64,000 bases of DNA from the human T2T-CHM13v2.0 reference genome, Homo sapiens (GCF_009914755.1 NC_060927.1); one strand, 5' to 3'; numbered from the stretch's first letter, positions 11,283-27,050 are shown. The notes: generated by a model from the sequence alone, not told the origin. Translations and numbers: made by a program.

Positions 11283-14200
11283 CCTGAAAGTTCTCCAGAG
11301 GAAAAAAATAAGTAATTTACAATAATTTGGTAATCACATTTCTATCAGACTTCTGATCAACAACATGTATTCAAGAAGTCAAAGAAGCAAATAGTTCTAA
11401 GGGAAACTATTTTTGAACCAATATTTCTATAACCATTTAAACAAATATTGAAGTGGAAGGGAAAAATAAAGACACTTGTAGAGATACAAAGCTTCCAACA
11501 GACTCTGAAAGAATCATTTCGGGATATAATAAAGCAAATTGACTAATAAATCCAAGAAAGAAGATACAGGATGGAAGATATAGTAGTAAACAAACACACA
11601 AAAAACAAATCTTCTAATTTAGTCTAAATAATTGTTCATGTCTGATGTAATAAAAATGTGTAATTAAAATCCTACAAAAAATAATTTTAAAAGGTGGAAC
11701 TGGAAAGGAAGAAAGATAAATACATACTAAGACCATATCTTATTTGTGAAATGAAATACATACTAATTAACTCTACAGTTTGAAAATAAAATCATAAGTT
11801 TAGACATGTTTATTAAAAATGTAAAACTAATCCACTGAAAGTATATAATGGAGCAACTAATTTGCAAATCATTAGAATAGAAAAAAAATAAACTTTTCCT
11901 TTTGGGAAAAAAACCACAACTCAATTATTATCAAAAAGTGGGGAGAGAAAAAATAAAGCAGAATAAAATAAATTAAAAAATAAGAAAGCTCAAATAACAA
12001 CAAAAGAAGCAAGGCAAATACAACGTATAAGCAGGCAGAGCAAGTCCAGCCATAGCAGATGTCACAGTAAGTGTGAATTAGCTAAAAGACAGAAGCAGTT
12101 AGAATAAGCAAAAAAAAAATCTAGTTATATGCTGTTTGTAACAGACAAATCAAAATCAAAATATCACTGCTGGAAAGAAAGTGGTGGCAAAATACACAGT
12201 AGGAAAATGTTAACCAAGAAAAAGCAAGTCTAGAGAGATTAATATTAGACAAAAAAGAAACGAAGTGGGGGAAATAACAGACACAGACGGGCATTATGTA
12301 TTAATAAGAGCTTCACTTAAGATTACACATAAGTCACAATCTAATGACTCAGACAAATAGATAACAAAAACTAGTAGAAATACAAAATGTATGTACATAG
12401 CAATAAATATTGTAGAAGATTCTAACATACTGCTCTCAGAAACCGAGCAATGAAGAAGAAAAAAAGACATGGAAGATTTGAATACTTAATTAAAATATGT
12501 ATGCAAATGAAATGGATAGAGCTCTGTCCTTATCAGAGATTCACTTTTAAAAAAATGTTTAAGACATAAGCCCATAAGAAAATCTGAACAGATTTCAAAG
12601 AGCAGATATAATACAGGCTAGATTCTCTGACCACCATACAATTAGAGCAACAATAAAAAGATATCTGACTCCTCTCTCCAAAAAGCAAACATATGCACTA
12701 GTAGATTTAAAACATTTTTAAAAAGCAACTCTTGAATAAGAGGAAATCAAAATAAAATTATAAGCTATTTAGAAATAAACAACAGTAAGAGTTCTATATT
12801 TTGAAACCTGTAGAATACAGCTATTATATAACGCAGAGGAGAAATAAGAACCTTATTGTTTAGATTAGAAAATGAAATTTAAAGTCAATGAATAAAACAC
12901 ATACCTCAAGGAAGTAGAAAAAGAAAAATAAACAAATCCAAAAAAGATATAAGAAAATAAAGAAATGTAAAATAAAAGTAATCCCAGCAGACTTAATTTT
13001 AAAAATCCAAAACTGTTTTATTTTTAAAGTCAATTGAAATAAATTTCTTTGGCCAAGAAAGAGAGATGGGAGAATACATGATATAAGAAGAAAAAGTGAA
13101 CAAAATCTATCAGAGGAAAACATAAATTTTATAAAAACTCCATGTCAACAAACTGGAAAATATAAATAAAATGAATGTTTTTATAAGAAATTATAAATGA
13201 CAAATTTAAGCCCCAAAATTCCAAAATCTGAATAGAATAACAGTCTTAGCACCATTAAAAAGTAATAAAAGAAATAAAGTAATAAGGCAACCAGATTTTC
13301 AAGGAAGTTCTAAAAAATCTATGGGCAGACAAAAGACTCACTTTACGTAAACTCTTCCAAATAATAGAAATGGGGGAAGAAATTCCCAACTCATTCTATG
13401 AGGCTACCATAATCTATATACCAATCAATACTAAATAAGGAAATGATAATAAAAGCACAGTTACAGCCAGTCTCATGTGCAAACATAAAAGCAAAAAATT
13501 TAAAGGATCAACAAAATGAACACAGTCATGTAAAAGAATAATACATCATGATCTTGTTGGGTTTATCTGAGGAATGCAAAGATCACTCAACATCATAAAC
13601 TCTCTCATAATAAAACACTACTTTAAAGGAGAAAAACAAAACTAAATCACTTCAACAGATGTCAAAAAGCATTAAAATTGAAACCTGTAGAATACAGCTA
13701 TTATGCAGAAAAGAATAAGAATCACATTTCCTCACACAAAAAAATAAATAAAACAAAATGTACTCTATAAACTGAAAATACATTTCTCAATTTCACAAAA
13801 GCCATTGATTAAAAAGAATAGTAACTAGAATAAATATCACATATAATAGTCAAACATAAAAAATGCCATTAAGACAAAAACAAAGCAAAGAAGCATACCT
13901 ACTATTACCACTTCTATTTAACTAGCCAACTAAATTAAGAAAAAAGAAAAAGGATGAGCAACAGAAGACACAAAATCACAAAGCTGTCCTTATTTGCAGA
14001 TGATAAGACTATACAGAAAATCTAATGAAAACTATTAGAATAAAAGAGTTCAGTAAGTGGTCAGATATAAAATCAACAGGCAAACATCAATGGTTTTTAA
14101 CAAATGAATAATTAGAAAAGCAACGGAGGAAAAAAATCTTATATGAATACCAAGAAGAGTCATAAAATACCCAAAAATATACCTAACAAGAAATATACTA

Positions 14201-15530
14201 GAACTATATGAAGAAGTAATAACAGCTAACAATCACTGAGTACATATTATGTGTCAGGTAGTGTCCTAAGCACTTTTCATGTCATAAATCACTTAATCTT
14301 CTCAACAACCCCTGGATATAATACTATTATTTTTATCAACATTATTTTCAGATAAATAAACTGAGGTCCTGTGAGGCTAAATTCCTTTCCCATATCATGT
14401 ATTAGTCCATTTTCACACTGCTGATAAAGACATACCTGAGACTGGGCAATTTACAAAAGAAAGAGGTTTAATTGGACTTACAGTTCCACATGGCTGGGGA
14501 AGCCTCACAATCATGGCAGAAGGCAAGGAGGAGCAAGTCACGTCTTACATGGATGGCAGCAGGTAAAGAGAGAGAGAGTTTATGCAGGGGAATTCCTCTT
14601 TTTAAAACCATCACATCTTGTTGGACTTACTATCACAAGAACACCACAGCAAAGACTTGCCCCCATGATTCAATTACCTCCCACCAGGTTCCTCCCACAA
14701 CATATGGGATTTCAAGATGAGATCTGGGTGGGGACACAGCCAAACTATCACCATAATAATACAGCTTATAGAACTATAAACTGAACCCAGACAGTCCTTC
14801 AAACTCCTGTATTTAATTACTATGATATATTATGATGTTATAAAACTCCATTCAATTATATAAAAGAAGATTGGAATAAGAACCAACGTATAAGTGTGCC
14901 AGTTCTCTCCCATTTAATTATAAATTCAAGGAACTACCAATCAAAATCCCAAGAGCATTTTATAATAAAACTTGAAAAGCTGATTTTTAAAATTCAGATA
15001 AAAAAAGAATATTTGCAAGAATAGCAAATAATGATTTTTAAAAGAACAGTGAAAGAAAGGCTTGGTATTTGCCCTTCTAAATATTAAAATACATTATAAA
15101 GGCTGTAGCAATTAAGTTCTAATGGGGCAGGAAGTGAAAAATATATCAATGAAAAGGAATAGTTCATCCAGAAACAGAACCATGTATGATAAAAATTTAG
15201 TTTATAGTACTGATTTATTTCACATAAGTGGAAAAGGCTGAACTATTTCATAAATATAGATTTATTAGAACAATATTAAATTAATCCTTCACCCTCCATG
15301 TACACACACTTTGCACCATATTCAAAAACAATCAAGATAGATTAAAAGACTATAAAGAAATAAACTAAGATTCTTAGAGTAAATTATAAGAGAATACATC
15401 TAAATCATGGTTAAGGAAAGCATTTTTGAGCTGAAAATTACAAAATAAGAAAAACAAAGAAAAATGTTGACAGATACAAGCTCAAAAAAATTGAAAAATT
15501 TTATAAGACAAATAACAATGCTGAAAGTCA
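11283..15530 (+). mobile_element. Highly decayed old L1 (L1ME/L1M-type) ORF1-ORF2 remnant, starting about 9560 and split by younger elements
   Basis: A-rich, with collinear L1 ORF1/ORF2 similarity (AACTCATTCTATGAGGCTACCAT; TTATTTGCAGATGAT). Confidence 0.7.
14398..14750 (-). mobile_element. THE1B-like solo LTR (MaLR) nested in a MIR (about 14225-14820)
   Basis: TGTATTAGTCCATTTTCACACTGCTGATAAAGAC...GGGGACACAGCCAAACTATCA. Confidence 0.9.
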
Positions 15531-15712
15531 GATTGAGAGACTTCTGCTTCCAAAATGGTGGTGCAGAAGTAGAAGCAAGCTGGCTTCACATTCCCCACAA
15601 CAGAAAACCAAAAACAAATAGACAGTGCCAAAATTAATACCAGCAATACCACAGAACTCAAATATCAGGATGGGAAAGTTTCCAGAGCATAGTGAAATGA
15701 AAAAATTCTTAG

Positions 15713-16032
<320 letters not shown>

Positions 16033-19000
16033 AAGAATTGAACTTTCATACCCATGATGATCTTTCCCCCAATCTGCCCATCTTCTAATATGCAGAAAAT
16101 TTCCTCCTGACTCACAGTTTCTATACCAGAAAAAGTGAGAGCAAGGTGAACAACCAGCTTCCCCACTATCCTGGGTTCCCCAGCAGGAGATCTGTCCCTG
16201 CTTCAATCCACGAGAAGCCTCACAAGTGTCTGGAGGGAGAAACGTCCTTGAGGACAGTAGGAAACTACTGTCCTCAGCCCTGGAAACTGTGCTAGGTAAC
16301 TCAGACAAATCAAGTGGCCGTTCAGCAGCATCACACTGCAGGAAGTATGTTCCACAGGTCCCTTGGGCACAAACCCCCAGCCAACCTTCCCACACTGCTG
16401 GGGAATCCCCCTTAGGACTTTCCCTATTTAGGACAGGGCAGTGCTCTGATGATTTACTAGAGCCAAGGCCAACCTGGGTTATAGCACCACCTAGTGCCGA
16501 AAAGAAGGCAGCAACCTAGGAGAAAAATTTAAAAAAAAAAAAACCACCAGGTAAATTACGAATAATCTTCAAGCAAACATACCCAGTGAAAACAAAACAA
16601 AACAAAAACCAGACAGAGAAGACTGGGAGAGGTCATTAATCCTTCAGTGCAAAGACATAGATGTACATCCACAAGAAACAACAGCAAACAGAGAAGCAGG
16701 ACCTGCCCAAACAAAGCAAGGAATCAGTGACTGACCCTAGTGAAAAAGCAATATGTGAGCTCTCGGATAAAGAATTAAAAATAATAGTTTTAAGGAAACT
16801 CAGTGGTCTCCAAAGTAACACAAAAAAGTAATTCAGTAATTAAAGAAATTTAATAAAGTGATTGAAATAACTTAAAAATCAAACAAATCTTGGAACTGAG
16901 AAATATACTTACTGAACTAAAAAATTCATTCAAGGCTCTGCACAACAGAATAGATCAAGTAGAGGAAATAATCTGTGAGCTCAAAGATAGGTTATTTGAA
17001 AATACACAGAGGAGCAAAAAGTAAAAAAAAATGAAAGAAACAAAGATGCCTACAAGATACAGAAAATTACCTCGAAAGACCAATCTAAGAATTACTGGTG
17101 TTCAAGAGGGAATAAAGCAAGAGCAAGGGTTAGAAAGCTTACTCAAAGAAATAATAACAGAAAATTTTCCCAAACTTGAGAAAGAGACCAATATCCAGGT
17201 ATGGAAGCTCAGAAAATACCAAACAGATCCAACCCAAATAAGACTACCCCAATGCATATAAGAATCAAACTCTCAACAGTCAAAGACAAAGAGAGAATCC
17301 TAAAAGCAGCAAGAGGAAAGAAGCAAGTAACACATAAAGGAGCTCCAATTCGTCTAGCAATATACTTTTCAATGGAAATCATACAGGACAGTAGACAGTG
17401 AAACAATATTTTCAAAGTGCTGAAAAAAATGCTGCTATTCAAGAACACTGCATCCAGCAAAGCTATCCTTCAAATATAAAAGACAGATACAGCATTTCCT
17501 AGACAAACAAAATTCATCACCACCAGACCCATCTTACAAGAAATGCTAAAAGTATTTTTTCAATCTGAAAAAAACAAAATACTAAGGTAAAGAAAAAAAA
17601 AAACCTTTTCGAGATACAAGATCCACTGGTAAAATTAATTACATGAACAAACCCAGAATACTATAATTGTGGTGTACAATCTACTCATTATGCTAGTATG
17701 AAACCCAAAAGACAAATCTATCAAAAACAATAATATCTACAGCAACCTGTTAAGAGATAGTAATATAGTGCTGGGCGCAGTGGCTCACGCCTGTAATAAG
17801 AAGGTGCCCATCAAAGAAAATCCCAGGACCTGATGTCTTCACTGCTGAATTGTACCAAACATTTAAAGAAGAACTAATACCAATTCTACTCAAACTCTTC
17901 AAAAAAACTGAAGAGGAAGGAATTCTTTCAAACTCATTCCACAAGGCCAGCATTGCCCTGATACCAAAACCAGACAAATACAACCAAAAAGGAAAACTAC
18001 AGGCCAATGTCACTGACGAACACAGATGTAAAAATCCTCAATAAAATACAAGCAAATCGAATTCATCAACACATTAAAAAGATCATTCATCTTTATCAAA
18101 TGAGATTCATCCCAGGGATGGAAGGATGCTTGAACATATGCAAATAAATAAACGTGAAACATCACATTAACAGAATCAAGGAGAAAACCCTAGGATCATT
18201 TCAATTGATGATGAAAAATCATTCAAGAAAATTCCACATCCCTTTATGATAAAAACCCTTAATAAACTGTGTAAAGAAGTAATATACCTCAAAATAATAA
18301 AAACTATGTATGATAAACACATAGTTAACATTATACTGAATGAGGAGAAATTGAAAGCCTTTCCTCTAAGATCTGAAATAAGACAGGGACACCCACTGTC
18401 ACCACTTTTATTCATAATACTGAAAGTTCTGGTCATAGCAATTAGCCAAGAGAAAGAAATATGGGGCATTCAAACCAGAAAGAAAGAAGTCAAATTAGCC
18501 TTGTTTCAGAATGATGTGACCTTATATTTACAAAAAACTAAAGACACCACCAGCAAACTGTTAGAACTGATAAATTAATTCAGTAAAGTGGCAGAATACA
18601 AAAGCTGCATACAATTAGTAGCATTTCTATATGCCACCAGCAAACAATCTAAAAAAGAAATCAAGAAAGCAATCCCATTTATAATAGCTACAAAGAATAT
18701 AAAACACCTAGAAGTCAATTTAGCCAAAGAAGTGAAAGATCTATACAAAGAAAATTATAAAATACTTATGAAAGAAACTGAAGAGAATTTGAAACATAAT
18801 GGAGATATTCCTCACTCATGAATTGGAAGAATTAATGTTGTTAAATATTAAATACCACCCAAAGCAATTTACACATTCAATAGAATATCAAAATACCAGT
18901 GGTATTCTTCACAGAAATAGAAGAACAATCCTAAAATTTATATGGAACCACAGAAGACACTGAATAGCCAAAGCAATCCTGATCAAAAAAAACCAAAGAA

Positions 19001-19383
19001 CATCACACTACATGACTCCAAAATACACTACGAAATTATAGTAACCAAATCAGCATGGTACTGGCACAAAAACAGACACAGAACAATGGAACAGAAGAAG
19101 ACACAACCCAGATATAAATCCACACATTTATAGCCAACTCATTTTTGACAAAGCCATCAAAAATGTGCAAAGGGGAAAGGACAGTTTCCTCAACAAACGG
19201 TGCGGGGAAAATTGAATATACATATGCAGAAGAATGAAACTAGACCCCTATCTCTCATCATATACAAACATCAAATCAAAGTGAATTAAAGACTTAAATG
19301 TAAGACCAAAAACTATGAAACTACTAGAAAGCTAGCTAGAAAACATTGGGGAAACTCTCCAGGAAATTGATCTGGGCAAAGGG

Positions 19384-19495
19384 GTGTGTCTGTGTCTATC
19401 TGTCTGTCTGTCTGTGTATGTGTCTGTGTGTGTGTGTCTATCTGTGTATGTGTCTGTGTGTGTGTGTCTGTCTGTGTATGTGTCTGTGTGTGTGT
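19384..19495. repeat. Compound (TG)/(TCTG) repeat with a 30-bp higher-order unit
   Basis: TCTGTGTATGTGTCTGTGTGTGTGTGTCTR at 19411, 19441 and 19471 (partial). Confidence 0.9.
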
Positions 19496-21505
19496 AAGAA
19501 CTCAAAAGCAAAGGTAATTAAAACAAAAATAGACAAATGGCATTACATCAAGCTAAAAAGTTTCTGCAAAGCAAAGAAGATAGTCAACAAAGTGATGAGA
19601 CAACCTGCAGAATAGGAGAAAATATTTGCAAACTATCCACCTGACAGAAGATTAATATCCAGAATATATAAGAAGCTCAAACAACTCAATGGCAAAATAC
19701 CAAATAATCTTATTTTAAAATGGGCAAAAGACCCGAATAGACATTTCTCAAAAGACAACATACAAATAGCCAAAGGTATATGGAAAAATGCTCAACATCA
19801 CTAATCATCACAGAAATGTAAACCAAAACCACAATGAGATATCATCTCACCCCAATTAAAATGGCTTTTATCCAAAGACAGGGAATAATGGATACTGGTG
19901 AGGATGTGGAGAAAGGGGAACCCTCGGATGCTGTTGGTAGGAATGTAAATTAGTACAGCCATTTTGGAGAATAGTATGAAGGCTCCTCAAAAAACTAAAA
20001 ATAGAACTACTATATGATCCAGCAATTCCATTACTGGAAAGAAACTGAATCTATCAAAGAGATATCTGTATTCCCATGTTTACTGCAGCACTATTCAACA
20101 TAGCCAAAATACGGAATCAACCTAAGTGCCCATAGTGGATGAATGCATAAAGAAATGTTGTACATATACACAACAGAATACTACTCAGCCATAAAAAAGT
20201 ATGAAATCCTGTCACTGTAGCAACATGGATGAAATTGGAGGTCATTACGTTAAGTGAAATAAGCCAAGCACAGAATGACTAATATAACATGTTCTCATTC
20301 ATATGTAGGAGCTTAAAAAGTGAATCTCATTAAGATAGAGAGTAGAATGGTAGTTACCAGAGGCAAGGTAATAGGATGGGGATGAAGAAAGGTTGATTTA
20401 ATGGGATGAAATATACAGTTAAATAGAAGAAATAAGACCTACTGTTCAACAGATCAATAGGGTAACTATAGTTAACAATCATCTGTGGTACAATTCAAAA
20501 TAGCTAGAAGAGAATAATTAGAATGTTTGTAGCATAAAGAAAAGAAATATTTAAGGGGATGAATATCCCAATTACCTCTATTTTAACTTTACAAATTATA
20601 TGAATGTATCATATACCCTGAAAATATGTATATCTATTATTTACCAATATACTCTTTTAAAGTTATTTTTTTAAGTCGAGTTGATGGAGAAAGGAGGAAG
20701 TGTGTATAATTATAAAGGGTAATATAGGGGATATTTGTAGAGATGCATTGGTGGATTTCTATCAAACCTGATGGATTGTGTTCATGCCCTGGTTCGCGTC
20801 CTGGTTATCATATTGTACCTTGGTTTCGCAAAACGCCACCATTGAGGAAATTACAACCACTTAACCCAGTAATAGTATTTCTGAGAATCAACAGTAAATA
20901 AATACTTGTCTAAATGTCTAACAATTTAAGTATAAAGACTGACATTGTTCCCAAAAGTGAAAAATTAAAATCAACCTGAATGCCCACCAACAGAGAAGTA
21001 CTGATGTACAGGTGGACCATCCCTTATCTGAAATGCTTGGGACAGGCATGTTTCAAATTTCTAATTTTTCAGATGTTGGTAAAATATCAACATTTGGGAA
21101 ATCTGGATGAAAGATACATGGGAATTTTCTGTATTATCTTTAAAACTTTGAAAAGTCAAATTATTTCAAAATTTTAAAAATGGTAAGTTATATCTAATAT
21201 AAAGTGACAGATAATAAATATCTAGAAGATAGATTTAAATCCCAAGTAGCAAAATAATTTCTACAGTAGAAGAGAGACTGGGGGAGCTGAGGTGGAAAAT
21301 GAGGACGCACTTTTACATTGCTTTACCTGTTTATGAAAGTTTAAATATTTTTCAATGAGTTAATATTTGTAATACTAATTGAAGCTCCTCCCTTCATTCC
21401 CACTCCATCCTCTGCCCCCCAAATTAATGCCTCTTGAACAGGTGCTGAACCACCTGGCAAACAAGGGAGAGTGAGGTATATGAGAAGTAAAGAAAACTAT
21501 TGCTT

Positions 21506-23502
21506 GGCAATCAGGCAAGAGAAAGAAATAAAAGGCATCCAAATAGGAAGAGAGGAAGCCAGACTACGTGTGTTTGCAAACGACATGACTCTATATCTAG
21601 AAAACCCCATAGTCTCAGCCCAAAAGCTCCTTCGGCTAATAAACAACTTTAGCAAAGTTACAGATACAAAATCAATGTACAAAAGTCACTAATATTCCTA
21701 TACATTAACAACAGCCAAGCCAAGAGCCAAATCAGGAAGGCAATCTCATTCACAATTGCCACAAAAAGAATAAAATACCTAGAAATATGCCTAAACAGGG
21801 AGGTGAAAGATTTCCACAAGGAGAATTACAAAACACTGCTCAAATAAATCAGAGAAGACACAAACAAATGGAAAAACATCACATGCTCCTGTATAGGAAG
21901 AATCAATATCATTAAAATGACCTTACTGCCCAAAGCAATTTACAGATTCAATGCTATTCCTGTCAAACTACCAATGACATTCTTCACAGAACTAGAAAAA
22001 ATTATCTTAAAATTCATACAGAACCAAAAAAAGAGCCTGACTAGCCAAAGCAATCCTAAGCAAAAAGAACAAAGCTGGAGGCACCACATTACCCGACTTC
22101 AAATTATACTAAAGGGGTACAGTAACCAAAACAGCATGGTACTGGTACAAAAACAGACACATAGATCAATGAAACAGAAAAGAGAGCCCAGAAATAAGGC
22201 TGCACACCTACAACCATCTGATCATCAACAAAGCTGACAAAAAGAAGCAATGGGAAAAGACTCCCTCTTCAATAAATGGTGCTGGGATAACTGGCTAGCC
22301 ATATGCAGAAGATTGAAGCGGGACCCCTTCCTTATACCACATACAAAAATTAACTCAGGACGAATTAAAGACTTAAATGTAAAACCCAAAACTATAAAAA
22401 CCCTGGAAGACAACCTAGGTAATACCATCCTGGACATAGGAACAGGCACAGATTTCATGACAAGATACCAAAAGCTATTACAACAAAAGCAAAAATTGAC
22501 AAGTGGGATCTAATTAAACTTAAGAGTTTCTGCACAGCAAAAGAAACTATCAACAAAGTAAACAGACAACCTACAGGATGGGAGAAAGTATTTGCAAACT
22601 ATGCATCTGACAAAGGTCTAATATCGAGCATCTGTAAGAAACCTAAACTTACAAGAGAAAAAGAAACAACCCATTAAAAAATGGGCAAAGGACATGAACA
22701 GATATTTTTCAAAAGAAAACATACATACAGCCAACAAGCATATTTAAAAAACCTCAATATCACTGATCATTAGAGAAATGCAAATCAAAACCTACCATCT
22801 CACACCAGTCAGAATGGCAATTATTAAAATGTTGAAAAATTACAAATGTTGGAGAGGCTGCAGAGAAAAGGGAATACTTATACACTGTTAGTGGGAGTGT
22901 ACTAGTTCAACCATTGTGGAAAGTACTATGGCAATTCCTCAAAGAGCTAAAAAGTAGAACTACCGTTCAACCCAGGAACCCCATTACTGGGTATATACCC
23001 AGAATAATATAAAGCATTCTGTCATGAAGACACATGCATGCAAATGCTCACTGTAGCACTATTTACTATATCACAATAGCAAAGATATGGAACCTAAATG
23101 TCCATAAATGACAGATTGGATAAAGAAAATGTGGTACATATACCATGGAATACTATGCTGCCATATAAAAGAACGAGATCATGTCTTTTGCAGGAATATG
23201 GATAGAGCTGGAGGCTGTTATTTTTAGCAAACTAACACAGGAACAGAAAACTAAATACTGCAGGTTCTCACTTACAAGTGCAAGCTAAATAATGAGAACA
23301 CATGGACACACTGAAGGAAACAATAGACACTGGGGTCTTGAGCATGGAGGGTGGGAGGAGGGAAAGGAGCAGAAAAGGTAACTGTTGGCTATTGGGCTTA
23401 ATACCTGAGTGATGAAATAATCTGTAAAACAAACCTCTGTGACATGAGTTTACCTACATAACAAACCTACATGTGTACCCCTGAACCTAAAATAAAAGTC
23501 TA
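21506..23502 (+). mobile_element. 5'-truncated L1PA (about L1PA11-13)
   Basis: ORF2 relics ([25 protein letters not shown]); 17-bp TSD AAAGAAAA(C/G)TA(T/A)TGCTT. Confidence 0.9.
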
Positions 23503-24616
23503 AAAGAAAAGTAATGCTTAGATCCAATTCAGTGGCATATCTTACATGTAATTTTAAAATCCATATTAAGATTCCATCCTGGTATCCACATAAAGAGGTC
23601 TATGTCCTATGAATGAAATAAGATCTCTATGTAAGGAATGCCAAAGTAGAATTACAGTCCTACAGATTTCACAGATGAGAATCCATACTAACCACATAGG
23701 AGGTCATGATGGGCAGTGATTCATTTTAAAACTCTCCACTAGCCTGTTAACTTCTGTACCCACTCAATAAAGGACTTCTGAAAATGACTCTAAACTTTAA
23801 TCATCTGTATGACTGTAAATGAAGCTTACTAAAAGCCACCAATAAGATAGAGGGAAAGAATTAACTAAGGATTTTGTTTTGCACAAATGGACTATTTAAA
23901 GAGAAAAAAATGCGATTTAATGGAAGAAAACATCTACAAAAGTTTGAGATGTGGGATTTGGGTCCAGAGTTCCAAAAAATTACCACAACATAAATTAGTA
24001 AACACACCTAGCCCAGCCCTGAAGAAACATCTTGTTTTCTGTCATTAGCCCACTTTCATTTTCTTCACTGTTCAGTATTCTTGTCATTACCCCCACCCTT
24101 TGTTTCAAACTCTTGATTTTCTTTTGATTTTTTACAAAGTTATTTTTTGTATCTTCTTCCCTTTCAGAAAACACTGCCTAAGTTTACGGCGACATATAAA
24201 TTTAAGATAATTTTTACCCTGCAAATTCAACTCACTTTCTGCATATAGCCCTGGAACCTATGTATGATTCCCTGGCACTCTCCGTAAGTCATATTCACAA
24301 TTTCAAAATTCAATTTAATATTTCACACATAAAATGCAGACTTGTGTATCATGTGCATTCTGAAATTCTGATGACTGCTATCTATTGGAAAAATTTTTTT
24401 TAATTTAAGTGGAAACAGGTCACCTTTAAACTGATATTGCCAAACCACAGGCCACCACTGTTCATGTGCTTGAACATCACTTCTACTGAAATTCTCTTGA
24501 CGTGATTGTCATCTTGAAAGAAAACCCTGCCACTGGTCTGATTACTGCTGTTAGTGCCTCAGCCCAAAGCAGAATGATAAAAGGTTTTGAATCCTATGTT
24601 TAAAACTGTTGTCAAA

Positions 24617-24923
<307 letters not shown>

Positions 24924-25442
24924 CACGATGTCAAATGTTCACAAGGACTATGTGAAATAAATAATGCCAAAACACCTCTTCCCTGAGGCCAATACGGCTT
25001 GAAAGTTTGAATTTTCACATTCCTACACAGAAAATTAAATTATTTTCAGAATCAGCAGGACTCTAATATCTAAGACCAAACCTGAAAATTACATAGTTTC
25101 AAGATTTGAAAATTGTTTTGGACAGCTGTACAATCCTACCCAGTAGAGATAAGGGGATACAATAATCACCAGGAAAAGAAATGGTAAAAAATGTGTTATA
25201 TTATAAACTGCACCAGATTAGAGGTTCAAATATCAGAAGCCATAAATGAAAGAGGACTCAGAAAAAAGACCCACCTTGGACCAGAACTAATCCTTTAGGA
25301 CTAAGAATTTATGTCTTTTCTAGTCTCTTACTGAAGAGTAATTGGATATTAATGTTAGAACCCATGGGACCACACCATTATCCATAACCTTGTGTGGTAA
25401 ACTATGTACCATTTTTTAACAAGTTAAAAATACATGTATGTT

Positions 25443-25771
<329 letters not shown>

Positions 25772-26749
25772 CTAAGTTTAAAGGGAGCTTGGGAGTGATG
25801 GGGAGGAGACAGTAGGTCAAAATCAACAATGAAGTGGAATTAAGGGCAAATCTTTTACAGAAAAAAACTACAGAGGCACTGCTACCCCCGAGGAGGTGGT
25901 GATACTATCCCTTCTTGGCACCATCACAGTACTCGTGTCAGAGGCCATGAAATATATCGCGTCCTCAGTTCAGAAACTATGAATCCTCTTTACAGTGATT
26001 CCTCCTTATAAAATCCTAGCCCTGTCTTTAAAGGCTTTTCTTGTGATTAAACTAAAAAAAAATTTTTGCTGAAAAACAAATTAGAAAATCCAGTGTGATC
26101 TATGTGCCAAAGTGAAAGTGTACATGTTTTAGGTCTGATTCATTTTCTTTATTTTGTAATTAACTGCCTAAATGGCTAGAGAAGCTCTGGCTTCATTACA
26201 CAATCTGGAAACAGCAAGAACATCTTTCCAAAGATGTAGCTGTCAAATTATCCCTCTAACAATGTATTGTTTTCTAATGCCAGTGTAGAAATGCCAAGGC
26301 ACTCTGACAGATAACTGTTTCAAAATGCTTTTAAATAGCATGAAATATCGGTTTTGGAACCAGCTGGCAACTAGAAGGGCAGAGGCAGCAGGAAAAGGGG
26401 AAGATAGTAATAGAGATGCTGAAAATTCTGGGACTCCTTTCTGACACTGGCATATTAATGCTGGCACAGGGGTTCCCAGCATTTGTGGAACAGCCATTAG
26501 GCTGAATATTTTTTTCCAAAAGAAAAAAAATCCCTCCATTTATGTGTATATTAGGAATTCTACATGTTGGAATACGAGAAAAAACATACAACAGCAATAA
26601 GGAGAGAAGGTAATCTAAAAGTGTGTTATCAAATAGCTATTTGCTAACTGTGGAAAGAAATTTCTAAATTTCACCTCATTGGGAAAAGCAAAAGAAGTTC
26701 TCTGTAACCTGACATGTCTACTTGGGTCTTAACACCTTAGTCTAAAAAC

Positions 26750-27050
26750 ATATGGTAGCTACTGGCCACCTGTGGCTATTGGGCATTAGTCCAAATTCAT
26801 ATGTGCTGTATGTTGCAACACACACACTGGATTCAAAGACTTTGGATTTAAAAAAAAATACAAAATATCATCAATATTTTTCATATTGAAATTTAAATGA
26901 CAATATTTTAGATATATTGGATTAAATAAAATCATTATTAAAATTAATTTCACCTATTCTTTTTACTTTTCTTAACATGGCTACTAGAAAATTTAAGATT
27001 AAATATGTCCCTCGTTGTGGCTCTCATTATATTTCTATTGTACAACACTG
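26750..27050. mobile_element. MER33-like hAT-Charlie DNA transposon relic
   Basis: GGTAGCTACTGGCCACCTGTGGCTATT...GGCTACTAGAAAATTTAA...ATATTTCTATTGTACAACACTG. Confidence 0.65.
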
